Part shown: piece by piece, positions 41,161 through 51,093 of the stretch | Numbering within the stretch: position 1 is the first letter of the stretch | Layout of the letters: each line of letters opens with the position of its first letter | Source of the DNA: Candidatus Dormiibacterota bacterium | GTDB lineage: Bacteria; Chloroflexota; Dormibacteria; Aeolococcales; Bog-877 | Direction of reading: 5' to 3' | NCBI GenBank assembly: GCA_035534915.1 | Contig: DATLQZ010000067.1 | Coordinates: forward strand, 34,264-98,263 | DNA: 64,000 bases | Position numbers and translations under genes: made by a program | Notes under the pieces: generated by a model | Seen by the model: the letters and a program-made list of their open reading frames with translations, nothing else | Databases searched by the model: none | What the model was told of the DNA's origin: nothing

Positions 41161-41763
41161 ATGCCTAGTACCCAGCTCATCGTCGCGATTGGAGGGGTCG
41201 CGCTTGTCCTCGTGACGGCGTATGGCCTCTGGCGCCAGAACGGGCAGTGGCGTAGGTCGCAAGCCGACGACTTCCTATGGCGCGCAGTTGAGCGGTGGAA
41301 CTCGGACGAAATGAAGGCCCGGCGGGTATTAGTCGCAACCGCATTCCAAAATGGATCGGAGAGGACGGCAGACACCACCGCCCTGTTCAACTATTTGGAG
41401 TTCTTTGCATACTTTGTCCACGCAGGGACGATCGAAGAAGTCGGGGCTTGGACCGTCTTGGGCGACTTTGCAGTCGGCTACTGGACGGTCGGCGGGGCGG
41501 CGGTCGATCTCCAGCGCGCTGACCAAATGACTGTCTATACGGAGTGGGCGTATCTCGTCGATCGCATTAATAAGATCGAGGCAAAGGAGCGCCAACTCAA
41601 TGTCCCAGACGTCAAGTGGAACAAATTCGACCACTGGCTCACGCGCTTCATCACAATCGAGTCCATCCAACGCAAGTTCGATGTCGAAACGGTCGCGTGG
41701 ACGGAGGACGATATGGCTCGCTTCCTTCGAAACGAGATCGCGATGAACGCGCCGCTCAAATAG
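41161..41763 (+). CDS. hypothetical protein, 200 aa, with an N-terminal TM anchor; the low-GC (about 57%) foreign gene inside the IS-rich island
   Basis: A clean ORF with an SD-like GGGGGACCAG upstream and an N-terminal hydrophobic helix (LIVAIGGVALVLVTAYGLW). No recognizable family. Confidence 0.6.
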   Translation: MPSTQLIVAIGGVALVLVTAYGLWRQNGQWRRSQADDFLWRAVERWNSDEMKARRVLVATAFQNGSERTADTTALFNYLEFFAYFVHAGTIEEVGAWTVLGDFAVGYWTVGGAAVDLQRADQMTVYTEWAYLVDRINKIEAKERQLNVPDVKWNKFDHWLTRFITIESIQRKFDVETVAWTEDDMARFLRNEIAMNAPLK

Positions 41764-41989
41764 CCAGCCGACTCCCCCAGCCGACGGCGAAACGCAGGAC
41801 TACGCGGGAGGCTTGGGTCTGTGCAGGGGTTCGGGACCCGTGGCCACCTTCTGTCTCATCACAGCTCTGACTATACCCCCTGACGGTGTGAGGACCCAGG
41901 AAGAGGCAAAGCTCCCCTTGGAGATTTAGCGCAAAACGCTCGACATTACCTGACCGCTCAAGCATAATGGTCATACGAACCGACTCTCC

Positions 41990-42760
41990 CAAGCCAAGCG
42001 AGTCCCGGTGGTGAAGGCTCTCGTCGAGGGCACCTCCATCCGGGCCACCATCCGCATGACGGGCGTGGCGAAGAACACCGTCACGAAGCTCTTGGTCGAG
42101 GGGGGCAGGCTTGCTCGGAGCACCAGGACGAGCAGCTCCGGTAACCTGCCGCAAGGTCCAGTGCGACGAGATCTGGGCGTTCTGCTACGCCAAAGCCGCC
42201 AACGTCCCCGAAGAGCGCAGGGGTGAGTTCTGGTACGGCGACGCGTGGGCCTGGGTGGCACTGGACGCCGACTCCAAGCTGGTCCCAACCTGGCTTTTGG
42301 GGGATCGCTCCACGGCTGACGCCACGGTCGTCACGCAAGACCTCGCCGACCGGATCGTGAACCGCTTCCAGCTCACCACTGGCGGCCACCGGCCGTATCT
42401 GGAGGCTGTAGAGGGGGCCTTCGGGTCCGGGAGCGACTACGCCGTGCTCATCAAGCTTTACGGAGCGCCGCAAGATGCCGAGCGCCCTTACAGCCCTCCG
42501 GAGTGCATCGGCGCCAAGCCCCACCGGAGTCAGGGCAACCCGACCCCCGGTACGTCTCAACCTCCTACATCGAGCGGCAGAACCTCACCGTGCGGATGGA
42601 GATGCGGGGCTTCACCCGGCTAACCAACGGGTTCTCCAAGAAGGCTGAGAACCTACCTGCAGCCATCAGCCTCTACTTCATGCACTACAACTTCGCCCGG
42701 CCCCACAAGAGCCTGGCTAACCGCGGCTCGACAACCTCATCGTCACCTACAACCTCCTGA
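41990..42760 (+). pseudogene. IS1-family (IS1/IS1595-like) transposase, lacking the N-terminal zinc-finger and split by at least two frameshifts
   Basis: The InsA-like HTH is GTSIRATIRMTGVAKNTVTKLL. The InsB-like DDE region is CDEIWAFCYAKAAN...LDADSKLVPTWLLGDRS...YIERQNLTVRMEMRGFTRLTNGFSKKAENL. The protein is spread across three frames. Confidence 0.6.
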
Positions 42761-42864
42761 AGCCTCGTCTAATCTTCGCGCAGCCCAGCGGCGGTGCGGC
42801 CGGGCCAGGTCCGGTGGGCCGTTGAACGTCCTGATCGCTCGGGGGCGGCCGTGTCCCCTTGAGC

Positions 42865-43611
42865 TCAGCGGGTGGCGAGCTCCTTCACCTCGGCCCATAG
42901 CTGCTGATAGGCGAGGGCGGCCGCACTGTGAGGGGCGAAGGCCACCAACGGGAGCCGGCGGGGCCCCATCTGTTCAACGGCCGAGGCCGCTGGGACCGCA
43001 GCCGCGGCGACATCGGAGCGCTCTGTGGAGAGCTGCGCGACAGTGTCGCGGTGGAGGCGGCGACGGGAGTCGACCATGGAGAAGAAAGCTAGGATGCGGG
43101 GCCGCGGGGGCCTGGCTGCCGCGACGAAGGCCGTCAGCTGATCCAAGGTGCGCACCGACAAGGTGGCCGGTACCACCGGAACCAGCAGGGTGTCGGCGGC
43201 ACGGAGCACTCCCTCGGAAACCAGGGACACGCTGGGCGGGCAATCGAGGAAGACGGTGTCGTACTCAGAGGCAAGCGGCCTTAGGAGCTCGGAGATCCGC
43301 CGAGTGGACCGTTTGGCGGCGTCGAGCGCGAGGTCCATATTGCGGTAGGAGAAGTCAGACGGGAGCAGGTCGAGGTTGTCGAAGTCGGTCCCTTTGATGG
43401 CGCGGTCAGCCGAAGTGCGTCCTCTGACCAACGCCTTGACCCCGCCCCGGACGCGCGGGCGCACTCGGAAAAGGTAGCTGGCTGCCCCCTGGGGATCCAG
43501 GTCCCACAGCAGGGTGCGACTGCCCTCCCGAGCCGACAGAAAGGCTAGGTTCACCGCCGCCGACGTCTTGCCGACACCGCCTTTGATGTTGTAGGTGGCG
43601 AGGACCCGCAT
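42865..43611 (-). CDS. ParA/Soj-family P-loop ATPase (deviant Walker A), orphan with no parB
   Basis: NIKGGVGKTSAAVNLA deviant Walker A. 248 aa. The start overlaps the stop of the upstream CHAD gene. Confidence 0.85.
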   Translation of the reverse strand: MRVLATYNIKGGVGKTSAAVNLAFLSAREGSRTLLWDLDPQGAASYLFRVRPRVRGGVKALVRGRTSADRAIKGTDFDNLDLLPSDFSYRNMDLALDAAKRSTRRISELLRPLASEYDTVFLDCPPSVSLVSEGVLRAADTLLVPVVPATLSVRTLDQLTAFVAAARPPRPRILAFFSMVDSRRRLHRDTVAQLSTERSDVAAAAVPAASAVEQMGPRRLPLVAFAPHSAAALAYQQLWAEVKELATR

Positions 43612-43613
43612 GG

Positions 43614-45335
43614 TCAGCGGAGACCAGCATCGGAGGGGGGAGAGGGCAAGAAGAGGGACGCCATGTGCTTTCGGGTGCTCCTGCTATCGAACCGTGCGAA
43701 CCGCTCAGCGAACTGGGCCCGCGCCCGCGCCTGCCTCGCCTCCAGCATTGTGACCGCAGTGCCCATGGTCATGAAGGTTGAGGCGGGAGTGCCACCCGCC
43801 TCTAGCATCTCGATGGCGAAGGTCCGGATGGCCACGATCTGCACCTGGGTATCCTGGAACTCGCCCAGGGCGTCCTGCAGCGCTCTTAGCTGGGTTACAA
43901 CCTGGCCGAGTGCTTGAGCCTCGGCCAGGGGTGCGAAGAACTCCAGCAGGTACCGGAGCTCCTTGCACCGCCGCCGCAAGGAGTGCAGCTCCGTCGCCGG
44001 TGACTGGGGAGTGATTGCCTGGCCCAGGTTGCGTGCGCGCCGGAAAGCGCGGCGGATACGGATTGGCGCGACTTCGGCAATCGGGAGCAGACCAACGGCC
44101 GGAACGTGCGCCGCGTCTTGGCAGGCACCGTCGACCGCAGCGAGATCACCCCAGCGGCGCTGCGCCTCGGACCATCTCGCGGACCTCAATCCGCGCACCA
44201 GGGCCCGCTGGGCTCGTTGTCGGCGACGGATCAAAAAGATACGAAAGTAGTCGACACCGGCTGCTTCATCTGGTCCCGACTCGCTCCGAGCCAGCGTGAG
44301 CAGGTGACAGTCCAGGTCCCGTGTGGGGGCGGTCAGGTCTGACAGCCAGCTCAGCTCCCCCTGCAGTTGGGTGACTCGTTCCTCGGCCAGCGTGTCACCC
44401 AGCAGCTTGAGTGCCGTACGAGCCCGACGAACGGCCACTCGAAGGTCGTGGAGGAATTCCGTATCCACGTCGGCGATCACCCCTGGCAGGTTGCGCACCG
44501 CCCCCTCCAGGAGACCGGCAAGCACTGCTCCGACCGCGTCACTAACCGGCATGCTCGGCGATAGCCTCCACGACGGCTGCCCGCTGTAGTCGCCCGGCGT
44601 GCGCGAGCACTTGGCGAGGACGAAGGGGAACCATCCGGCCGGGGCGCAGACCACCCCGGTCTCGAGCGCGATGTGCCGCGCCAGGTCCGCAGCTGGGCTG
44701 GAGTATCCCCGTACCGGGACGATGCTGAGCAGCGCGTTGGGCAGCTCCAGATGGCGATCGGGCTCTCGCAGGGTTTCCGTGATCATTCGGGCGACCGTCT
44801 TCGCCTGGCCGTCGAGAACCCGGAATTGACGGGCCTCGACGGTGACACTGGCCAGCTTCAACAGGGCGCGCATCTGGACGATGGGCGCGAGGCGAGCTTG
44901 CAGAGAGCCGTCAGGGACCAGGTTCTCCAGCCTGAAAACGGTGCCACGGCGATTGGAGTCGAGTCTCGTGTCGGGCGTTGCCTGCAGCACGGAACCCGCG
45001 GCATCGTGCAGCAAAAATCGAGCCTGTGCGTGGCCTTGCGGGACGAGGCGCTCGAGCGTGCACCCGGCTCGATGAAGGCGCCAATCGAAGGTATCGAACC
45101 ATTCGTGGCGCAAGACTCTGACCGGATCTGCATCAAGGCGGTAGCGGTGGCCGATAGCGCGCCCGAGAGTCTCCGGGGAGGCGGCCTCCTCACTCACGAA
45201 CGCGGAGCCTGGACTCACCGGCGCCCGAACCAACCCCCTGCGCACCGATCCAGTCATCTGCAGCCCTGTCGGTGGCCACTTGTGATGGGGTTCCTCCGCC
45301 GTGGCGAATCGGCACGGTATGGCGTTGTCATGCAC
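43614..45335 (-). CDS. CHAD-domain protein with an uncharacterized (possibly CYTH-like) N-terminal domain
   Basis: CHAD signatures FLHDLRVAVRRARTALKLL and ELHSLRRRCKELRYLLEFF. Confidence 0.75.
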   Translation of the reverse strand: MHDNAIPCRFATAEEPHHKWPPTGLQMTGSVRRGLVRAPVSPGSAFVSEEAASPETLGRAIGHRYRLDADPVRVLRHEWFDTFDWRLHRAGCTLERLVPQGHAQARFLLHDAAGSVLQATPDTRLDSNRRGTVFRLENLVPDGSLQARLAPIVQMRALLKLASVTVEARQFRVLDGQAKTVARMITETLREPDRHLELPNALLSIVPVRGYSSPAADLARHIALETGVVCAPAGWFPFVLAKCSRTPGDYSGQPSWRLSPSMPVSDAVGAVLAGLLEGAVRNLPGVIADVDTEFLHDLRVAVRRARTALKLLGDTLAEERVTQLQGELSWLSDLTAPTRDLDCHLLTLARSESGPDEAAGVDYFRIFLIRRRQRAQRALVRGLRSARWSEAQRRWGDLAAVDGACQDAAHVPAVGLLPIAEVAPIRIRRAFRRARNLGQAITPQSPATELHSLRRRCKELRYLLEFFAPLAEAQALGQVVTQLRALQDALGEFQDTQVQIVAIRTFAIEMLEAGGTPASTFMTMGTAVTMLEARQARARAQFAERFARFDSRSTRKHMASLFLPSPPSDAGLR

Positions 45336-45600
45336 CTACAGAGGAGACCGACCCGACGGGTTGTTGGTCCCCTGGGTCTCCCTCCGAGGGCCTGGATGCG
45401 GGGAATTGCTATCCGCGATCCGCTCAGCATCCTCCCACAATAGAGGTCGCCCCACAGTCGGAAGCTTTCCCTTGCGCCCGGAGGCGGTCGGTCAGCCGTC
45501 AACGACTCGAGCCCTTCTTTTGGAGGCCCGCCTGCGCCGGCGCGCAAGACCTGGGACCGGCGCGGCTGCCACTCTCAGCCATCTCTCAGGGTGTCACTCG

Positions 45601-45665
45601 GGCGCGGCTTCCACCACAACGCCCATGCCAGCGCGGTCGTCCCTCGTGGCGACTTCCGGCTAACT
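45601..45665. repeat. right copy of the inverted repeat of about 65 bp (partner at 39226-39290)
   Basis: Reverse complement of the left copy, with 3 mismatches. Confidence 0.75.
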
Positions 45666-45884
45666 GATGGGAGGCCGGATTCTCGTCCAAATGTCCCGGA
45701 GAATGCTCCGCAGTTGGGCAACCTCATCGCTGATTTCAACGGTCAGCAGCAGCCCAGGCCACCGGTGGTCCCCCCCCTGGACCCGAAGACAGACCTTGTG
45801 GGGTGAGGCGGCCGTTCTGCCCAGGTTGGTGGGGCCTCGCGCACCTCCCAGGCATGGTGCGTGTGGGTCCCGCCAGGCGTCAAG

Positions 45885-46376
45885 CTACTCCACAGCCGCA
45901 CGCGAATAGGCGATCAGACGCTCTGGGCGCAGTGCCAACCAGAGGGCTGCCCAAGAGGTGTCCCCAAGCTTTGCTCTCGCCGCTGCGCGAACTCTGCCCG
46001 GCACGTCGTCAGGGGCGAATTTCTCCACCACGCCACGGGCCATGACCAGGGCGTGCGTCGCAGCGACCCCTTGGCCCACCAAGACCGCCGCTTTAGGGTG
46101 GCTGCGCAGGTCTGCGAGCCTGACGGCGCCGGCGACGGTCGGCAACCAGAAGGTAGCGTCCCTGTCGTTCACGAATGACCCTGGTACCAGGTGGGGGACG
46201 CGGTTGAGACCGGTGGTAGCGATCGCGCAGAAGCGCTCCTGGGCCAAAAACGCCTCCACCTCCGGCGCGGACATACGGGTCCCCTCGGGCCATGCTTTGC
46301 GAGCCGCAGCGCCCGCACTTTGCCAGGATAGATGGATGAGCTTTTGTAGGGTCGTCGAGTCGATCATCAGCGACAT
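45885..46376 (-). CDS. PPOX-class (pyridoxamine 5'-phosphate oxidase-like) F420-dependent protein
   Basis: 163 aa split-barrel flavin-binding family (ERFCAIATTGLNRVPHLVP). Confidence 0.65.
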   Translation of the reverse strand: MSLMIDSTTLQKLIHLSWQSAGAAARKAWPEGTRMSAPEVEAFLAQERFCAIATTGLNRVPHLVPGSFVNDRDATFWLPTVAGAVRLADLRSHPKAAVLVGQGVAATHALVMARGVVEKFAPDDVPGRVRAAARAKLGDTSWAALWLALRPERLIAYSRAAVE

Positions 46377-46560
46377 TTTCTCCCTTGGCCAAGGCCGACC
46401 TCAAGCGGGTTCGGGGCGGTATGGCCTGTCGATGACCGCCATCCCACCCCGCCCGAGCCCTCCAGCGTCTCGGTTGCGGCATCCCCATCGTTGCTAAGGT
46501 GGGAGGGTTGGCGGCGGCATACCTTAGCCGCTGGAGTCATGAAAGGAGTGCCCTCTGAAT

Positions 46561-48285
46561 ATGGGAAATGGGGAGCGGCCGATGGAGTTGCCGAGTCGGG
46601 GCTTGGTTGTGGGGCGGGAGCGGGCGGCCGCTCGAGCCATGCTCAAGGGCGCCGGGTACACCGATGAGGATCTCAGCCGGCCGCTGATCGGGATCGCCAA
46701 CACCTGGACCGAGACCATGCCGTGCAACCTCGGGCTGAGGGCGCTGGCTGCGGATGTGAAGCGCGGCATTCGAGAGGCCGGTGGCACGCCGATGGAGTTC
46801 AACACCATCGCGGTAAGCGATGGGGTGGCGATGGGGACTCAGGGCATGAAGGCGTCCTTGATCAGCCGTGAGGTGATCGCCGACTCCATCGAACTGGTCT
46901 GTCGGGGCCACCTCCTTGATGGGGTAGTGGCCCTGGTCGGCTGTGACAAGACGATCCCCGGAGCCGCGATGGCGCTGGCCAGGTTGGATCTTCCAGGCTG
47001 CCTTCTTTACGGAGGTGCGATCCAACCCGGGAAGTTCAAGGGTCGTGATGTCACCATCCTGGATGTCTTCGAGGCGATCGGCAGCGCGGAGGCGGGGAAG
47101 ATCACTGACTCCGAGCTCCACGCCCTGGAGGACGTTGCGTGTCCGGGTGCCGGCGCCTGCGGCGGGCAGTTCACGGCCAACACCATGGCGATGGCGATCG
47201 AGCTGCTCGGGGTGGCGCCGATGCAGACCGGCGGGGTGCCAGCCACCGACCCGGCCAAGCCAGACGTCGCAGCGGAGGTTGGCCGTCAGGTGATGTCGAT
47301 GGTGAAGGCCGGCCGCCGGCCGAGCAGCTATCTCACCGAAGCCTCCTTCGCCAACGCCATCGCCGGGGTGATGGCCAGTGGAGGCTCTACCAATGCTGTT
47401 TTGCATTTGCTGGCGATAGCGCACGAGGCCGACATCCCGCTGCAAATTGACGACTTTGACACGATCAGTCGGCGTACGCCATGGATCGCCGACCTGCGCC
47501 CCGGGGGTCGGTTCAATGCCGTTGACCTGACCAGGGCGGGGGGTGTTGCGCTTATGGCTCGTCGACTACTGGAACACGGCCTGCTCGACGGAGCGGTCGG
47601 CACCTGCACCGGCGAGACTTTGGCCACGGCCGCCGGAACTGCGGAAGCGCGTTGGCCGGAGGGGGAGGGCCAGGAGGTGGTTCGGTCGGTACTTGCGCCG
47701 CTCAGCGCCACCGGTGGAACTGTCATCCTGCACGGGCCGTTGGCTCCGGATGGGGCCGTGATCAAGGTTGCCGGACATCAGTGGAGACTGCATACCGGTC
47801 CGGCGCGGACCTTCGACTCCGAGGAGGCGGCGATGGCGGCCGTCTCCGCGCGCCAGATTTCTCCCGGGGATGTTGTGGTCGTCCGCTACGAGGGTCCTCG
47901 GGGTGGGCCGGGCATGCGAGAGATGCTGGGAGTGACTGGCGCTCTGGTCGGACAGGGTTTGGGGGACAGTGTCGCTCTGCTCACAGACGGTCGCTTCAGT
48001 GGCGCCACCCACGGCCTGATGGTGGGCCACATCGCCCCCGAGGCAGCGGTTGGCGGGCCGATCGCGCTAGTGGAGGATGGGGATTCCATCACCATCGACG
48101 TCGAGCACAGAACCATCTCGCTGGCGGTCTCGGCGGCCGAGCTGGAGATCAGGCGGGGCCGTTGGCGGCCAGCGGCCACTCCCATCCATCGTGGGGTCTT
48201 TTCGCGCTATGCGAGCCTGGTTGGCAGTGCCGCTCGGGGAGCCGTTCTCGACTCCGCCCTGGCGCCAAGGGAGAATTCGAGCTGA
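46561..48285 (+). CDS. ilvD: dihydroxy-acid dehydratase
   Basis: IlvD/EDD family with PCNLGLR, CDKTIPG and Fe-S cysteine motifs. Confidence 0.9.
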   Translation: MGNGERPMELPSRGLVVGRERAAARAMLKGAGYTDEDLSRPLIGIANTWTETMPCNLGLRALAADVKRGIREAGGTPMEFNTIAVSDGVAMGTQGMKASLISREVIADSIELVCRGHLLDGVVALVGCDKTIPGAAMALARLDLPGCLLYGGAIQPGKFKGRDVTILDVFEAIGSAEAGKITDSELHALEDVACPGAGACGGQFTANTMAMAIELLGVAPMQTGGVPATDPAKPDVAAEVGRQVMSMVKAGRRPSSYLTEASFANAIAGVMASGGSTNAVLHLLAIAHEADIPLQIDDFDTISRRTPWIADLRPGGRFNAVDLTRAGGVALMARRLLEHGLLDGAVGTCTGETLATAAGTAEARWPEGEGQEVVRSVLAPLSATGGTVILHGPLAPDGAVIKVAGHQWRLHTGPARTFDSEEAAMAAVSARQISPGDVVVVRYEGPRGGPGMREMLGVTGALVGQGLGDSVALLTDGRFSGATHGLMVGHIAPEAAVGGPIALVEDGDSITIDVEHRTISLAVSAAELEIRRGRWRPAATPIHRGVFSRYASLVGSAARGAVLDSALAPRENSS

Positions 48286-48324
48286 GCGGGCTGGCAGATC
48301 AGAGTCGGTCTGGGTGCCACCGCT

Positions 48325-51054
48325 TCAGCCGGTGTTCTGCAACCCCGCAGCCACACCGTTCACCGTCTGCAGCACCAAGCTGACGAGGCGGTCATGCTGA
48401 CTCCCTGCCTTGGGGCCGACCCTGCGCGCCTCCTGCAGGAACCGTAACTGCAGAAAGGAGAGCGCATCCACGTAGGGGTTGCGCAGCTCCACCGCGCGCC
48501 TCAGCACCGGATGGCCCGCCAGCAGGTGGTCACGGCCGGTTGCCAGCAGGACGTGTCTCCGGGTCAGACGGAACTCATCCCGGATGAGGGACACCAGATC
48601 CGGGCGGTTGCCACGCTCCAGATATAGGCCGGCGATCATTGGGTCCGCCTTCGACAAGCTCATCTCCGCGTTCTCCAGCATTGACCGGAAGAACGGCCAC
48701 TCCGCATTCATCTCATGCAGGCGGGCTGGTCCATGTTCCGCAGCGACCGCAGCCAGGCCTTTTCCCAGACCGTACCATCCCGGAATGTTCCCCCGTGTCT
48801 GGCTCCACGCGAAAACCCAGGGGATGGCGCGCAGGGCGGCCAGCTCCGGAGAACCAGCCCGGCGTCCGGGCCGCGATCCGATGCGCAGCCGCCCGATCTC
48901 ACCCAGCGGGCTGATCGCGGCGAAGAACTCCGGGAAGCCGGGAGAATCCACCAGCTCGCGGTAGGCGGCTTCGGAGGATTCGGCCATCAGCTCGGACTCT
49001 GCGGCGAACCGACGATCCAACTCGCTCAGCAGCGCCTGGTGGGGTTCGGGGAAGGACTGCAGGACCGCGCTGGTCACCTGCTCCAGATGCCTCAAGGCGA
49101 TTGCCGGATTGCCATACCGTGCGAAGACCACCTCGCCCTGCTCGGTCACCTTGAAGTGGCCGACCACTGAACCTGGGGCCTGGCCCCGGATCGCTCGCCC
49201 GGCGGGTCCCCCGCCCCTGCCAGCGGCGCCTCCTCGGCCATGAAACAGGGTGAGATCGACTCCGTTCCGGCGGCTCCAGGCGGACAGCTCTCCTTGGGCC
49301 CGGTAGAGGCCGACATTTGCCGCCAGGAAGCCGGCGTCTTTGGTGGCATCCGAGTACCCCAGCATCACCTCGAGGCGACTTCCCCCGCTGCGCAACCTCG
49401 CCCTCCAGCCTGGCAGTGCCAGGAGCGAGTCCAGCACCTGAGGGGCTGCCTGCAAATCTGCCCTGGATTCGAACAGTGGCACAACGTCCAAGACCAGCGC
49501 CCCTGAGGGGCTCGCCAAGCGGGCCAGCGCCTGGACCGCGACCACGTCTGCAGCGGCGCGTGTGAAGCTGACAACGTACCTACGGCTGGAGTCCGCGCCC
49601 CACCGCCGCTGGCTCTCCTCCATCCCGCGCAGGGTTGCCAGCACCTCGTGGGTCAGCGGAGACAACGCTACGGTGCCGTCCGGCCAACCCTCGGTCGCCA
49701 ACCGATCAAGGCTTTCGGCATCCCATTCGCCTCCGCCCAGGAGGTCGTCGAGGGCTGACCGATGGACATCTGAGTGCTGGCGGACCTCAAGGGATGCGAA
49801 GGTGAAGCCGAACGTCTCCACCTGCCATATCAGGTGCTGCAGCTCGCCGTAGGCCAGCCGGCTGGCGCCGGCCTCTGACAGTGATCGTTGGATGAGTCGG
49901 AGGTCGGAGAGAAGGGAGGCTGCAGCCGGATATGCGGCCAGCCCCCTCCCAAGCCTAGTTGCGGCGATCCGCTCGGCGATGAGCAGCAGCACCTGTCGAT
50001 GCGGCTCCTCGGGCGCTCTTACATAGACCTCTTGGCCGACCTCGGGAAACAGCTCTCGGGCCCGGGCCAGCAGGGCGACCATCTCAGTCGATGGCGGGGT
50101 TGACAGCGACGAGGCGGTGAGGGCTCGACCCAGCCGCCGGGCGGCCGCCTCCAGCGCCCGCAGGCAATGCTCGGCCTGGATTTCGACCGCGGCCCCGGTC
50201 ACCGCGGCGGAGACCGCCGGGTTCCCATCGCGGTCTCCGCCGACCCAGCTGCCCCATCGGAGAAAGGCGGGGAAGACAGGTGGCTGGCAACCCAGGGCTT
50301 CGGGACCGACCAGAGCGGTCTCCAGCGCGCGATACAACCGCGGCACGAGGGAAAAAAGCGTCTCGTCGAAAACCGTCGCCACCGTGCGGACCTCATCCAT
50401 CGGGGTCGGGCTGGTGGTGCGCAGCTGGGCCGTCCGCCAAAGGATCGCGATCTGCTCTCGTAGGCCTCGTTCCGCCTCCATCTGATCGGTGGCGCTGAGC
50501 CTAGGAGACTCAAGTCGCTCCAGCAGTTCTCCCGCCCTGCGCAGGGCATCGATCACAGCGCGACGGCGCGCCTCAGTCGGATGCGCGGTCAGGACCGGTT
50601 GTACGCTGATCCGGGCGACCCAGTCGGTGAGCGCCTCCTCACCGACTTTGGAGCGAAGGCTGGAGATGGTCGCCGCCAGCGACTCTGACAGCAGGCCGCC
50701 AGTGTGACTGCGTTCCCGCAGGACCCGGGCGCGCTGGTGCTCCTCCGCAAGGTTGACCAGTTGAAAATACACAGTGAACGCCCCGGCGAGCTGTTCCGCT
50801 CTGTAGGTGCCGATGCCGTCAACTAGAGCTATCACCGCTTCCACCGCTCTGTCGGCATCGGCCCCGCGGCTGGCGCGGAGGTGGATGGTGGCCTCTCGCA
50901 GCTGGCGGAAGTCGGTCAGCAGCTCTTCTCCACCGCCCTCTACCAGGGCTTGGTCGAGGACCGAGGCCAGAAGCGTTAGCTCGGCTCGAAGCGATTCTGG
51001 CAACTCGTCCAAGTCGTTGGGGTGGGGAGAGTAAGGACCCGTCTGGTCAGCCAT
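48325..51054 (-). CDS. ppc: phosphoenolpyruvate carboxylase
   Basis: 909 aa with VLTAHPTE and GRGGAAGRGGGP (the GRGGxxGRGG loop) motifs. Confidence 0.9.
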   Translation of the reverse strand: MADQTGPYSPHPNDLDELPESLRAELTLLASVLDQALVEGGGEELLTDFRQLREATIHLRASRGADADRAVEAVIALVDGIGTYRAEQLAGAFTVYFQLVNLAEEHQRARVLRERSHTGGLLSESLAATISSLRSKVGEEALTDWVARISVQPVLTAHPTEARRRAVIDALRRAGELLERLESPRLSATDQMEAERGLREQIAILWRTAQLRTTSPTPMDEVRTVATVFDETLFSLVPRLYRALETALVGPEALGCQPPVFPAFLRWGSWVGGDRDGNPAVSAAVTGAAVEIQAEHCLRALEAAARRLGRALTASSLSTPPSTEMVALLARARELFPEVGQEVYVRAPEEPHRQVLLLIAERIAATRLGRGLAAYPAAASLLSDLRLIQRSLSEAGASRLAYGELQHLIWQVETFGFTFASLEVRQHSDVHRSALDDLLGGGEWDAESLDRLATEGWPDGTVALSPLTHEVLATLRGMEESQRRWGADSSRRYVVSFTRAAADVVAVQALARLASPSGALVLDVVPLFESRADLQAAPQVLDSLLALPGWRARLRSGGSRLEVMLGYSDATKDAGFLAANVGLYRAQGELSAWSRRNGVDLTLFHGRGGAAGRGGGPAGRAIRGQAPGSVVGHFKVTEQGEVVFARYGNPAIALRHLEQVTSAVLQSFPEPHQALLSELDRRFAAESELMAESSEAAYRELVDSPGFPEFFAAISPLGEIGRLRIGSRPGRRAGSPELAALRAIPWVFAWSQTRGNIPGWYGLGKGLAAVAAEHGPARLHEMNAEWPFFRSMLENAEMSLSKADPMIAGLYLERGNRPDLVSLIRDEFRLTRRHVLLATGRDHLLAGHPVLRRAVELRNPYVDALSFLQLRFLQEARRVGPKAGSQHDRLVSLVLQTVNGVAAGLQNTG

Positions 51055-51093
51055 CAGCGGAGTCTCACCAGCGATGTGCGTCCCGCTTACTGA

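Noticed and set aside
47652-48383. 243-aa Gly/Arg-rich ORF overlapping ilvD
   Set aside because: It is an out-of-frame overlap with a strongly supported ilvD, and its composition is a GC artifact.
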